In this document: positions 38,121-47,949 of the stretch, piece by piece
How the letters are laid out: each line of letters begins with the position of its first letter
Position numbering within the stretch: position 1 is the stretch's first letter
Position numbers and translations under genes: made by a program
Notes under the pieces: model-generated
The model's database searches: none
Seen by the model: the letters and a program-made list of their open reading frames with translations, nothing else
What the model was told of the DNA's origin: nothing
Origin: Myxococcota bacterium
GTDB lineage: Bacteria; Myxococcota_A; UBA9160; UBA4427
Reading direction: 5' to 3'
Assembly: GCA_965250285.1 (NCBI GenBank)
Contig: OZ252299.1
Span: 3,968,001 to 4,032,000 of the forward strand
DNA length: 64,000 nt

Positions 38121-39485
38121 ATGTCCGCGCCCACCGAGCCGTCCGCGACGGCCCCGCCCCGAGAAGGTTCGAAGCCGCTCTTCTCGCCCGCCTACCTGCG
38201 ATACGCGCTCGGTCTGCTGACCGTGGTCTACGTCGTCAACTTCGTCGATCGCCAGATCCTGTCGATCCTGTTGCAGTCGATCAAAGTCGACCTCGGGCTC
38301 TCCGACTTTCAGCTCGGCCTGCTCGGTGGCACGGCGTTCGGGATCTTCTACGCCACCCTCGGCGTGCCGATCGCGCGCATCGCCGACTTCTCTTCGCGGA
38401 AGGGCGTGATGACGATCTGTCTCGCGATCTGGAGCCTGATGACCGCCGCTTGCGGTCTGGCCGTCGGCTTCTGGTCGCTCTTGCTCCTGCGCGTTGGGGT
38501 CGGGGTCGGCGAGGCCGGCGGCAGCCCACCGGCTCACTCGATGCTCTCCGACTACTACCCGCCCGAGCGTCGAGCGACCGCGCTCGGCGTCTACTCGCTC
38601 GGCGTGCCGCTCGGCGTGCTCGTCGGCTTCATGGCCGGCGGTTGGCTCGACGACACGCTCGGTTGGCGTACGGCGTTCATGGTCGCCGGGCTCCCCGGCG
38701 TGGGTCTGGCGCTCATCGTGGCGCTCACGTTGCGGGAGCCACCGCGCGGTCACTCCGAACCGGCGGGCGCCAATCTGAGTGCCCCGGTGCCCCCCAGCGC
38801 GAGCGAAGCCGCGCGGTTTCTGTGGCGCAGCCGCTCGTTTCGCCACACTGCGATCGGCTCGGGGCTCTACGCATTCGTCGGCTACTCGACGACCAACTGG
38901 GCGCCCGCCTTCCTCGTGCGCACACACGGCATGTCGTCGACGCAGATCGGGGTTTCCCTCGCGTTGATCATCGGCGTGGGGGGCGCCGTCGGCATCTATC
39001 TCGGCGGTGTGCTGGCCGACCGGTTGGCGGCCGACGACGTCCGCTGGCGCAGCTGGGTGCCGGCGATCGCGACCGCCCTCGCCCTGCCCTTCGGCTTCGT
39101 CGTCTACACGACATCGAACACGATGCTGGCGCTGGCCATGCTCGCACCGCCGACCTTCTTCGGCTTGATGTATCAAGCGCCCGCCCTGGCGCTCGGTCAG
39201 TCGCTCGCGACGCCGGCGATGCGCGCAACGGCCGGGGCGATCCTGCTCTTCGCGATCAACATCATTGGCCTCGCGATGGGGCCCGCGGTCACCGGGCTCG
39301 TCTCGGACGCCCTCGAGCCGCGCTTCGGCGAGCAGTCGCTCGGCTGGGCGATGCTCATCACCTCTCTCGCCTTCGCGTGGTCGTCGCTGCACTTCTTCCT
39401 GGCCTCGCGCACGGTGGCGGACGATCTCGAGTTCGCCCGGGGCGCGACCGAGCGCGAGCTGCGCGGCGAGTCGATCTGGGGCTGA
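38121..39485 (+). CDS. MFS transporter (spinster-like)
   Basis: NFVDRQIL, ARIADFSSRK, GVGEAG, SDYYPPERRA motifs; about 12 TM segments. Confidence 0.93.
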   Translation: MSAPTEPSATAPPREGSKPLFSPAYLRYALGLLTVVYVVNFVDRQILSILLQSIKVDLGLSDFQLGLLGGTAFGIFYATLGVPIARIADFSSRKGVMTICLAIWSLMTAACGLAVGFWSLLLLRVGVGVGEAGGSPPAHSMLSDYYPPERRATALGVYSLGVPLGVLVGFMAGGWLDDTLGWRTAFMVAGLPGVGLALIVALTLREPPRGHSEPAGANLSAPVPPSASEAARFLWRSRSFRHTAIGSGLYAFVGYSTTNWAPAFLVRTHGMSSTQIGVSLALIIGVGGAVGIYLGGVLADRLAADDVRWRSWVPAIATALALPFGFVVYTTSNTMLALAMLAPPTFFGLMYQAPALALGQSLATPAMRATAGAILLFAINIIGLAMGPAVTGLVSDALEPRFGEQSLGWAMLITSLAFAWSSLHFFLASRTVADDLEFARGATERELRGESIWG

Positions 39486-39520
39486 GCCGAACCCGGCGCC
39501 GCCCGCCGCGACGAAAGGCC

Positions 39521-41008
39521 ATGTTGGACTCGCAGCGCATCCGCACACTCGAGAACGCGGCCCTGGTCGTGTCGCTCATGGCCGTGGCGGCGGCGTGCGT
39601 CAAGTTCTTCGACTACGGCTACGACGACGCCTACATCACCTACCGCTACGCCAAGAACATCGCGGCGGGCCACGGCTTCGTCTACAACCTCGAGCACAAC
39701 TTCCTTGGTACGACGACGCCGCTCTATACGCTGCTGCTCGCGTTCGGCGGTCTGGCGTTCGACATCCCGCGCGTGAGCGCCGCGTTCACGACGCTGAGCC
39801 TGCTCGGCTGCATCGTCCTGGTCGAGGCGATCGGCCGCCGGCATCGCATTCGCTTCGCGGGCCCGCTCGCCGCGCTCACCCTCGCCGCCAGCCTGCCGAT
39901 CTACCGCGTCTGGGGCACCGAGACGATCTTCGTCTACTTCCTGGTGGTGCCGCTCGGCTACTGGCTGCACCTCACGGGGCGCACGCGTGCATCGGCCTTC
40001 GTGCTCGGCCTCGCCGTGCTCGCGCGCATGGACGCCGTGCTCTTCGCGGGCCTGCTCTTCGGCTGGCAGGCGTGGCGCGAGCGGCGCATCCCCTGGCAGG
40101 AGGGCCTCGTCCTCGTCGCCACCCTCACGCCGTGGTTCATCTACTCGCTCGTCGTCTTCGGCGCACCCTTCCCGTCGACTCTCGGCGCCAAGGTCGCGCA
40201 GGGCGAGTCGGGGGGCTGGCCGCTCTTCGTCGAAGGCGGCCTGCGCGACTTCGCCCGCATGGTCGAATACCGCCCGGGCTGGCGTTTCTTCTTCGGCGGC
40301 GTGCTGGCTGCGGGCCTCTACCGCATCGCGACGCGCGAGCCGGTGTGGGCGATCTTCGTCGTGAACGCCGTGCTCTTCACGGTCGCCTATCAGTGGGTGC
40401 TCGGCGTGTCGTTCAGCAAGTGGTACCTGGCGAACCTCTGGGTGACGAACGCGCTGGTGCTCGGCGCCGGCGTGCGCCAGGTATTCGCGTGGTGTGGCCA
40501 GGCCGGCGCAGCGGCGATCGACCGCGGGCTCTCGGGCCCGCAGAGTCGCGCCGTCGCGGGCACCCTCATCGGCGTGATCGTCGTGCTGCTCGGCCTCGCG
40601 CAGGCACAGAAGATCGCCCGCGTCGCCTGGTTCGATACGCGCAGCGTGCGCAGCGATGCCTATACGCGCCTCGGGCTCTGGCTGCGCGATCACACGCCCG
40701 ACGATGCCACCGTCGCCTACTACGAGATCGGCTTCGTCGGCTACTACTCCGAACGCACGATCCTCGATCCAGTCGGGCTGGTGACGCCGGGCGGCCTCGA
40801 GGAGATCCGCCGAGGCAACACGTGGTGGATCTTCGACGTCTACGAGCCCGACTACTACGTGCACCGCACCCACCTCGGGCCGGGTGGTCCGCTCGCCCGC
40901 CCCGGCTTCCTGCAGCAGTACGAAGCCGTGCATCGCCTCGATGAGCCAGGGCGCGGACGCGATCTGATCGTGTATCGGCGGCGCGGGCCCGACGAAGTCG
41001 ACGACTAG
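39521..41008 (+). CDS. Polytopic membrane protein, GT-C-fold glycosyltransferase-like
   Basis: DDAYITYRYAKN...G.G.VYN, GTTTPLY, G.ET, RMD motifs; C-terminal EIGFVGYYSER.ILD..GL. Confidence 0.78.
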   Translation: MLDSQRIRTLENAALVVSLMAVAAACVKFFDYGYDDAYITYRYAKNIAAGHGFVYNLEHNFLGTTTPLYTLLLAFGGLAFDIPRVSAAFTTLSLLGCIVLVEAIGRRHRIRFAGPLAALTLAASLPIYRVWGTETIFVYFLVVPLGYWLHLTGRTRASAFVLGLAVLARMDAVLFAGLLFGWQAWRERRIPWQEGLVLVATLTPWFIYSLVVFGAPFPSTLGAKVAQGESGGWPLFVEGGLRDFARMVEYRPGWRFFFGGVLAAGLYRIATREPVWAIFVVNAVLFTVAYQWVLGVSFSKWYLANLWVTNALVLGAGVRQVFAWCGQAGAAAIDRGLSGPQSRAVAGTLIGVIVVLLGLAQAQKIARVAWFDTRSVRSDAYTRLGLWLRDHTPDDATVAYYEIGFVGYYSERTILDPVGLVTPGGLEEIRRGNTWWIFDVYEPDYYVHRTHLGPGGPLARPGFLQQYEAVHRLDEPGRGRDLIVYRRRGPDEVDD

Positions 41009-41082
41009 GCGCCCAGGAGGGGCCCGGGCACGACGAGACTGGCTACGCTCTCGGGTCCCACACCCACCCAGGAGAGACGCCC

Positions 41083-41460
41083 TTGCTCGGCTACACCACG
41101 ATCGGCACGAACGACATGGAGCGCGCCGTCGCGTTCTACGACGCCCTGCTCGCGGAGATCGACGTCCGCCAGCTCTTCGGCATGGACCGCATCAAGTTCT
41201 ATGGCACGTCGCCCAACGAGCCGATGATCGCGCTCTGCATCCCGTACGACGAGCAGCCCCAGGAGCGCGGCAACGGCTGGATGATCGCGATCTCGGCCGG
41301 TTCGAAGGAGAACGTGCAGAAGCTCTACGCGAAGGCCATCGAGCTCGGCGCGACCGACGAAGGCCCCCCCGGCGACCGCATCCCCGACGTGTTCTACGGC
41401 GGCTACGTGCGCGACCTCGACGGCAACAAGATCTGCTTCGCCGAGTACAGCTTCGGCTGA
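41083..41460 (+). CDS. VOC (glyoxalase/bleomycin-resistance) family protein
   Basis: YTTIGTND..RAVAFYD, GNG.MIA, GATDEGPPG, FYGGYVRDLDGNK motifs. TTG start after AGGAGA. Confidence 0.9.
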   Translation: MLGYTTIGTNDMERAVAFYDALLAEIDVRQLFGMDRIKFYGTSPNEPMIALCIPYDEQPQERGNGWMIAISAGSKENVQKLYAKAIELGATDEGPPGDRIPDVFYGGYVRDLDGNKICFAEYSFG

Positions 41461-41476
41461 GACGGCCCGCGCACCC

Positions 41477-41974
41477 GTGGTCGACAAGGCGCGACTGCTC
41501 GAAGCCTTGCGCGAGGTCGTCGCGGCCGACCGTGAGGCGCTCGAGCGGCGCCAGCGTGATGCGCAGGCCGGTTCGACGCACGCAGAGAGTCGAGCCGAGC
41601 ACGCGAAGGACACGCGGGCGACGGAGCAGAGCTACCTCGCCCGGGGCCTCGCCGAGCGGGTCGAAGACCTCGCGCGGACGGCGGCCGCGCTCGAGACGAT
41701 GGAGCTGCGCGCATTCGGCCCGGGCGACGCGATCGCCGTCACGGCGCTCGTCGTGCTCGAGGTCGACGAAGGCGCGGCCCCTCCGCGGCGCGAATCGTGG
41801 TGGATCGTCGGGGGCGCCGGTGGCATCGATGTCGAGTACGGCGACCTCACGGTGCGGACCGTGACCCCCGTCTCGCCGCTGGGTCGCGGCCTGCTGGGGC
41901 TGCACCTCGGCGACGAGGGCGAGGTGCGCACACCCAAGGGCACCCGGCGCTTCGAAGTGATCGAGGTGTACTGA
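41477..41974 (+). CDS. GreA/GreB-family elongation-factor-like protein
   Basis: N-terminal coiled coil with DTRATEQSYLARG; C-terminal TPVSPLGRGLLG...GD. Confidence 0.78.
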   Translation: MVDKARLLEALREVVAADREALERRQRDAQAGSTHAESRAEHAKDTRATEQSYLARGLAERVEDLARTAAALETMELRAFGPGDAIAVTALVVLEVDEGAAPPRRESWWIVGGAGGIDVEYGDLTVRTVTPVSPLGRGLLGLHLGDEGEVRTPKGTRRFEVIEVY

Positions 41975-42000
41975 CCCGCGAAGCCGAAGGAGACAGGACC

Positions 42001-42444
42001 ATGGCAGGACCCCTGACGATGACGAAGGCCGAGCGCGAGGCGTTCCTGGCCGAGGTGCACGTGGGTGTGATCAGCATCGAGCGCGACGGCGCCGCGCCGC
42101 TCGCCGTGCCGATCTGGTACGACTACACACCTGATCTCGGCGTCTGGGTGCTGACCGAGCCGACGTCGCAGAAGGGCCAGGCGCTCGAGGCCGCCGGCCG
42201 GTTCTCGCTGTGCGCACAGGTCGAAGAGCCGCCCGGCTACCGCTACGTGAGCGTCTCGGGTCCGATCGTCGAGACACGTCCGGCGGATCGCGAGCGCGAC
42301 AGCCGACCGATGGCCCACCGCTACTTCGGCCCCGAGCTCGGCGACTGGTACGTCGAGAGCAACCCCGGCGCATCGAACGTGTACATCATGCAGCCCGAGC
42401 GCTGGTGGACGGTCGACTACCGCAAGCTCGCGCCCGGCAGCTGA
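42001..42444 (+). CDS. Pyridoxamine 5'-phosphate oxidase-like (PPOX/split-barrel, possibly F420-dependent) protein
   Basis: EREAFL..HVGVISI...PLAVPIWY...SQK...FSLC...YRYVSVSG pattern. Confidence 0.85.
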   Translation: MAGPLTMTKAEREAFLAEVHVGVISIERDGAAPLAVPIWYDYTPDLGVWVLTEPTSQKGQALEAAGRFSLCAQVEEPPGYRYVSVSGPIVETRPADRERDSRPMAHRYFGPELGDWYVESNPGASNVYIMQPERWWTVDYRKLAPGS

Positions 42445-42457
42445 GCCGCCGCCCGTC

Positions 42458-44161
42458 TCAGGCGCTGCGGTCGAAGATCGAGCGACCGATCGCGAGCGCG
42501 GTCGCCGGCTCGGCGCCGAAGGCCTGCAGCGTGTCCCACGCATCCTGATTCGGATCGACGCGGTAGCTCGACGGTCGGGGGCCGACGCGCTTCGGGCACC
42601 ACCACGAGTGCAGCATCAGCGGCAGGTTGAACCCGGGCGCCGTGGCGCTGGCGATGGGCCCGCGCTCGATCGCACCCGCGTCGAAGAGGTCGATCGACTT
42701 GTCCCCGTCGCGGTGCACGAAGACGAGCACGTAGCCGTCGGTATCGTGCCGACAGCCTTCGCGCGGCACGAACGTTGGCGGATGCGGGAACGCACCGTCT
42801 TCGTACGCATAGACCTCGGCCACGCGCGGTTCGTCGAGCTCGAAGCGCGCGAGCGCGCCGGGGATCGGCGCGCCGGGAAAGTCCCGCGGCGCGACGAACA
42901 CGTTCTCGTGCACCTCGGCGTAGGTCCGCCACCAGCGCTCGCTGATCAGCGCCGGATCGTGTCCGGTGCCGGTGACCCAGAGATTGCCCGGGCGCTCACG
43001 CGATCCGGCCAGGTGATGATTCTGCGTGAAGAGCGCGCCGCCCCAGAAGCGCTCGGTGTCGACCGCCACCTTCGCGCTCACGACCTTGCCCGACTCGACG
43101 TCGATCTCGTAGCGACCGACGCCGGTCGGCTGATTGCCGATCTCGGGCAGCCCCTCGTAGTCGGCGTCGATCAGGTCGCCCGTGAAGTGACCGCGATCGC
43201 CGGGCTCGAGGCCGGCGCCGAGGTCGGTCATCGGGTGATGGGTCACGAAGAGCGTCAGCGTCTGACCGTCGTCGCCGTAGTCGACCGCCATGTGACCGCC
43301 CATCATCGGCACCACGAGGTGCTGGGTCGGTACCGCCGAGCCTGGCGGCGTCGCCGCGAGGTCGGCCTTGCGCACGATCCACACGTTCGTGTGATCGCCG
43401 ACCGCGCGGCGGGCCTGTGCGGGATCGGCGCCAAACGGCTCGACGACGAACGGCAGGTCGCTCACGACGACGAAGCTGCGCGTCACCTTGACGTCGTGGA
43501 TCGAGTCGAAGTGCGGCACGTCCTCGATGCGCCAGTGCTCGATCTCGCCTTCGAGATCCCAGCGGCAGATGCGAATGTGGCGATCGGGCGACAGCGGGAT
43601 GTTCTGGTAGTTCGCGAAGAAGAGCGCGTTTTCGTCCCAGTCGTTCCCCGGATGCGCTGCGACGGCGACCATCGGCTCGACGGGTGCGGGCAGCGTGACC
43701 AGCCATTCGGCGTTCGCGCCGACCGGCGTCACGACCTCGAGCGTCTCGGGATCGACCTCGACCGGGCGCCCGACGTCGTAGCCGAGAAAGAGTCGGTCGC
43801 CGATCGACTGAACGTTCGTGTTCGCGAAGTTCGTGAACCCGAAGGGCGAGACCTCCTGCACGCCGCTTCGCCGGAAGAGACCCGGCTGCGCGTCGCGCAG
43901 CTTCGAGATCGGTGTCTCGACGCGTCGCAGGTCCATCGGGATGCGGCCGCTCGCGTCGGGGCGCACGCCGATGCGACAGAGCACGCCCTGCCCGGTGAAC
44001 CAATGACCGCCCGGCTCACTGCGCTCGGGACCGACGTTGAACAGCCAGCCATCGATGTCATCGGGCCATGCGCCCGAGACCTCGAGATCAAAGCGGCCTT
44101 CACCGGTCCCGCGAAAGAGATTGCGCGTCAGCGTCGCCACGTGCGCAGAGGGGCTAGGCAC
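42458..44161 (-). CDS. Carotenoid oxygenase family (RPE65/lignostilbene dioxygenase-like) protein
   Basis: G.WP..IDG, ANTN, EVDPETLE motifs; four Fe-ligand His in AAHP, SIHD, GGHM and MLHS. Confidence 0.88.
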   Translation of the reverse strand: MPSPSAHVATLTRNLFRGTGEGRFDLEVSGAWPDDIDGWLFNVGPERSEPGGHWFTGQGVLCRIGVRPDASGRIPMDLRRVETPISKLRDAQPGLFRRSGVQEVSPFGFTNFANTNVQSIGDRLFLGYDVGRPVEVDPETLEVVTPVGANAEWLVTLPAPVEPMVAVAAHPGNDWDENALFFANYQNIPLSPDRHIRICRWDLEGEIEHWRIEDVPHFDSIHDVKVTRSFVVVSDLPFVVEPFGADPAQARRAVGDHTNVWIVRKADLAATPPGSAVPTQHLVVPMMGGHMAVDYGDDGQTLTLFVTHHPMTDLGAGLEPGDRGHFTGDLIDADYEGLPEIGNQPTGVGRYEIDVESGKVVSAKVAVDTERFWGGALFTQNHHLAGSRERPGNLWVTGTGHDPALISERWWRTYAEVHENVFVAPRDFPGAPIPGALARFELDEPRVAEVYAYEDGAFPHPPTFVPREGCRHDTDGYVLVFVHRDGDKSIDLFDAGAIERGPIASATAPGFNLPLMLHSWWCPKRVGPRPSSYRVDPNQDAWDTLQAFGAEPATALAIGRSIFDRSA

Positions 44162-44426
44162 CGCTCGAAGGCGGAGCAGCCTCCCCGTCGAGTCCCTCTT
44201 CGAGCGGCTTCCAGTGGAAGAGCCCGTAGATCAGCGTCTGCACGAAGTGATGGCCCATCGAGCCACCCGCGCGCTCGAACACCGGTCGCTTCCAGACGAA
44301 CTCGACGACGTGGGCGACGAGCGTGATCACGAAGGCCCACTTGCCGACCGTCGCGATCATGCCGCTGCCGAGAAACCATGCCGCCGCGGAGGCGACCCAG
44401 AAGATCCAGATACCCTGCTTCTGCAT
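44154..44426 (-). CDS. Small membrane protein (DUF1145-like)
   Basis: Hydrophobic, with AHVVE and FVQTLIYGLFHW. Overlaps the carotenoid oxygenase start by 8 bp. Confidence 0.7.
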   Translation of the reverse strand: MQKQGIWIFWVASAAAWFLGSGMIATVGKWAFVITLVAHVVEFVWKRPVFERAGGSMGHHFVQTLIYGLFHWKPLEEGLDGEAAPPSSGA

Positions 44427-44583
44427 GCTCGAACGGGTAGCGTGACGGCCCGGGGGCAGCCACCCGCCGATCGCGCCCGACCGGCGCAGCCCCGACGTGA
44501 ACACACCCCATTCGCCGCCCCGCATCCCGCGGGTCAAGCGCCCCGCTGCGGCCAACCCATCGAGGTCGACGACTCGGAGGGCC

Positions 44584-45630
44584 TCAGGCGCTCTCCTGCT
44601 TCACGAGCTCGACCCCACGACCGAGCATGTCGAGGCGGTCGCCTTCGCTGCGACCCGTCGGGTGCAGCATCAGCTCGTCGATGCCGACGTCGCGGTAGCT
44701 GCGGATGCGCTCGCGCACCCGGGCCTCGTCGCCGATCAGCGTCGTCTGCCACACCATCTCGTCGGGCACCGCGGCCGCAGCGCCCGCGCGGTCGCCCGAG
44801 AGCCAGATGTCGCGCACCTCGGTGCACGCCTGCTCGAAGCCGCTGCGCGCATAGGCATCGTTGTAGAAGTTGACGGTGGGTGAGCCCATCGCCGAGAGCT
44901 GGAACGCGATCATCGGCTTCTGGCTCTGGATCAACGGCTCGGGATCGTCGGTGATCGCCACCGTCACGTTGACGCACAGCGAGAGGTCCGCCAGCGACCG
45001 GCCGGCCTTGTCGGCGCCGCGTCGCAGATGCTCGAGGTGGGCCTCGGCCGCATCGGGCGTGAACGACGTACCGAGCCAGCCGTCGGCAAGCTCGCCGGTC
45101 AGCTCGAGCGCCCGCGGCGTGAGCGTCGCCAGATGGATCGGCACGTCGACCGGCGGGAGCGCGAGTCGCAGCGCCTTGCCCTGTCCGCCGGGGCGGGGCA
45201 GCGAGAACGCGCGCCCCTCGTAGGCGAGCTTCTCGCCGCGCGAGGCCAGCCGTACGATGTCGATCGTCTCGCGCATGCGCGTGAGGGGCCGATCGAAAGG
45301 CTGGGCGTGCAGGCCCTCGACCACCTGGGGCCCCGAGTTGCCGAGCCCGAGGATGAAGCGCCCGCCGGTCACGGTATCCATGCTGAGCGCCGTCATCGCC
45401 GTCGAAGCGGGCGTGCGCGCGCAGACCTGCATGATGCCCGTGCCCAGCTCGAGCCGCGTGGTGCGGGCGGCGATGAACGCGAGCGGGGTCACCGCGTCCA
45501 TGCCCCAGGCCTCGGCGCTCCAGGCGCGGTCGACGCCGAGCTTCTCGGCTTCGACGCTGAGCTGCACGATCGACTCGAAGTGTTCTCGGCCGCCCGTGTT
45601 CGGTCCGCCCACGCGAATCGACGTCTTCAT
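44584..45630 (-). CDS. LLM-class flavin (probably F420)-dependent oxidoreductase
   Basis: WSAEAWGMDA, LGTGIMQ..ARTPA, GRFILGLGNSGPQVVEG, GELADGW motifs. Confidence 0.92.
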   Translation of the reverse strand: MKTSIRVGGPNTGGREHFESIVQLSVEAEKLGVDRAWSAEAWGMDAVTPLAFIAARTTRLELGTGIMQVCARTPASTAMTALSMDTVTGGRFILGLGNSGPQVVEGLHAQPFDRPLTRMRETIDIVRLASRGEKLAYEGRAFSLPRPGGQGKALRLALPPVDVPIHLATLTPRALELTGELADGWLGTSFTPDAAEAHLEHLRRGADKAGRSLADLSLCVNVTVAITDDPEPLIQSQKPMIAFQLSAMGSPTVNFYNDAYARSGFEQACTEVRDIWLSGDRAGAAAAVPDEMVWQTTLIGDEARVRERIRSYRDVGIDELMLHPTGRSEGDRLDMLGRGVELVKQESA

Positions 45631-45756
45631 GGTGCTCTCCCTGAGTGGCGCGACGGCGTGCAGTGCGTGCGCCGGCGCGGGCAGTTCGAGCCTACCGCAG
45701 CCCGGCCGGCGCCACGCGGCGGCGCAGGCCTGCGCGCAGCGCTCTATCCTCGCAGC

Positions 45757-46605
45757 ATGATCCGACGACACTACGGGTTCCTCGAGGTGCTCGACGCACC
45801 CGTCCCGGAAGCGGCCGCCCAGCTCGAAGCCGATGGATTCGCCGTGCTCGAGCAGGTCTTCGATGGCGACGCAGTGGCCGAGCTGGCGCGCGAGATCGAT
45901 GCCGTCTTCGACGCCGAGCCGATCGACGACCGGCCGGCGCGGCTCAAGACGCCCGAGCACGATCAGCACCGCTACGCGATGTTGAACCGGAGCGCCGCGT
46001 GCCAGCGCGCGATCGCCCACCCGCGCATCCTCGAGACGATCGAGCCCCTGCTCGGCGCCGACTGTCACGTGATCGCGAACACCGCCTGGCGCAACCCGTC
46101 GGGGGTCGATGGATCCGACGAAAGCGACATCTGGCACATCGACGCGGGGCCGCACGTGCCGCGGCCCGAGGGCACGGCCTGGCCCGACGAGATCCCGTAC
46201 CCGGTCTTCGCGATCGGCTGCCACATTCTGCTGATCGACTCGCGGCTCGAAGACGGGCCCACGGCGGTGATCCCCGGCTCGCACCGGTCGGGGCAGCACC
46301 CGCCCTTCGATCACCTGAAGGATGCAGCCCTCGAGTGGCAAGGCGAGGCGTGTCGCCCCCTACTCGGTCGCTCGGGCGACGTCGTGCTGTTCGTGTCGGA
46401 CGTCTGGCACCGACGCATGCCGACGCAGGCGGGGGAGCACGGCCGGTTCTTCCTGCAGGCGCACTACGGCCGACGCGACCTGGCGCAGCGGCTGTGCACG
46501 ACCGCCGAGGTCAACCAGGTCAGCGACGAAGCGACCGCTCGCGCCGCGTCGAAGCGCGACCGCACGCTGATCGGCTTGCACGCGCCCGGCTTCTACGACG
46601 GCTGA
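45757..46605 (+). CDS. Phytanoyl-CoA dioxygenase (PhyH) family protein
   Basis: WHID (HxD), GPTAVIPGSH, GDVVLF.SDVWHR motifs. Confidence 0.88.
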   Translation: MIRRHYGFLEVLDAPVPEAAAQLEADGFAVLEQVFDGDAVAELAREIDAVFDAEPIDDRPARLKTPEHDQHRYAMLNRSAACQRAIAHPRILETIEPLLGADCHVIANTAWRNPSGVDGSDESDIWHIDAGPHVPRPEGTAWPDEIPYPVFAIGCHILLIDSRLEDGPTAVIPGSHRSGQHPPFDHLKDAALEWQGEACRPLLGRSGDVVLFVSDVWHRRMPTQAGEHGRFFLQAHYGRRDLAQRLCTTAEVNQVSDEATARAASKRDRTLIGLHAPGFYDG

Positions 46606-46624
46606 GACGCGCCCCGCGCCCGCT

Positions 46625-47737
46625 TCACGCGTTCGCGTCGGCCGGCTCTTCGACGAAGCCCTTCCAGCCCGACATGTAGCCGAGGAACGCCTCACCGAGG
46701 CCCTGCTCGCGCAGATAGTCGGCGCTGACCGGCACGGCCACGCTCGCGAAGTCGGCGTCGGCTTCGAGGCGCTTCGGGAAGTCGTGATGGAGGATGCCGG
46801 CGCGGCCGAGCAGCACGAAGTCGACACCCGCGCCGAGGCACGCGCGCACGTCGGCTCCGCTCATGATCTTGCCCGCGACCCCGAGCCGCACACCGCCTCG
46901 ATCGATCGCCGTGAAGTGATCGAGCAGCTTGGTCCCGGCGTAGGCCTCTTCGGCCGGCTCCTTGAACACGTCCCAGAGCGACATGTCGAGGAAGTCGATG
47001 CGCGCCTCGTCGCAGAGGCGCGTCGCCACCTCGACGGATTCGGCCAGCGTGATGCCGAACCGCTCGGCCGAGAGGCGCACGCCGACGATGAAGTCGGGGC
47101 GGCAGCGCGCCCGTACGCCCTCGACGATCTCGAAGAGCAGGCGCGCGCGGTTCTCGAGCGAGCCGCCATACTGATCCTCGCGCTGGTTGATCTCGGCCGA
47201 GAGATACTGGCAGACGATGTAGCCATGGGCGCCGTGGATCTCGACCCCGTCGAAGCCGGCGCGTTCGGCTCGCACCGCAGCGGCGATGAAGTCTTCGATG
47301 AGCGCTTCGGTCTCTTCGAGCGACAGGGCCCGGGCGCCGGTCTCTTCGTTGTCCGACGGACAGACCGGCGTCGCACCGACCAGATCCGCCGGCGATCGCA
47401 TGCCCGCGTGGTGCAACTGCGCGAGCGCCACGCTGCCGTTGTCTCGAATCTCCTTCGCGAGGCGGGTCAGGCCTTCGAGGTGCTCGTCACCGAAGATGCC
47501 GAGCTGGCCTGGAAAGCCCTGCCCCACGGCCTGCACGTGCGCCGCGCAAGTCATGACGCTGCCGAAGCCGCCGTGCGCGCGCATCGTCAGCCAGCGGTAC
47601 TCGTCATCGCTGAGGGTGCCGTCGGAATGACTCTGCAGGTTGGTCAGCGGCGCGAGCATGACGCGGTTCGGCATCGCCGGACCGTGGGCGAACGAGAGCG
47701 GCGCGAAGGGCGTGGGCGTGGGCGGAGATGCAGTCAA
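46625..47737 (-). CDS. NADH:flavin oxidoreductase (Old Yellow Enzyme family)
   Basis: NRVMLAPLT, QLHHAG, GFDGVEIHGAHGY, NQREDQYGGSLENRAR motifs. Start codon uncertain. Confidence 0.92.
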   Translation of the reverse strand: MTASPPTPTPFAPLSFAHGPAMPNRVMLAPLTNLQSHSDGTLSDDEYRWLTMRAHGGFGSVMTCAAHVQAVGQGFPGQLGIFGDEHLEGLTRLAKEIRDNGSVALAQLHHAGMRSPADLVGATPVCPSDNEETGARALSLEETEALIEDFIAAAVRAERAGFDGVEIHGAHGYIVCQYLSAEINQREDQYGGSLENRARLLFEIVEGVRARCRPDFIVGVRLSAERFGITLAESVEVATRLCDEARIDFLDMSLWDVFKEPAEEAYAGTKLLDHFTAIDRGGVRLGVAGKIMSGADVRACLGAGVDFVLLGRAGILHHDFPKRLEADADFASVAVPVSADYLREQGLGEAFLGYMSGWKGFVEEPADANA

Positions 47738-47949
47738 CGGGCTCGAGACCTCGGTCTGGGGTGGAAGGGCGGGGCCCGAGCCTCCGACGGGGGCCGGGCG
47801 CACGGGGTAGAATGCCAGATGACCCGCCGAAGTTTCGCGGGGGGCCGGATCGGATGCGTCGCGCGTCCCCGGCCGCTGGGTGAGCCCGGCGCGTGTCCCG
47901 AGAGCCGGGGGCGGGCCCGAACACGCCCCGAAACCGAGGAGACGAGCTC

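Noticed and set aside
37736..39520. Apparent 1090-aa ORF (37736-41008) extending the GT-C gene upstream
   Set aside because: The upstream part is Arg/Pro-rich off-frame translation overlapping the MFS and gdh genes. The real start is ATG 39521, after GAAAGG.
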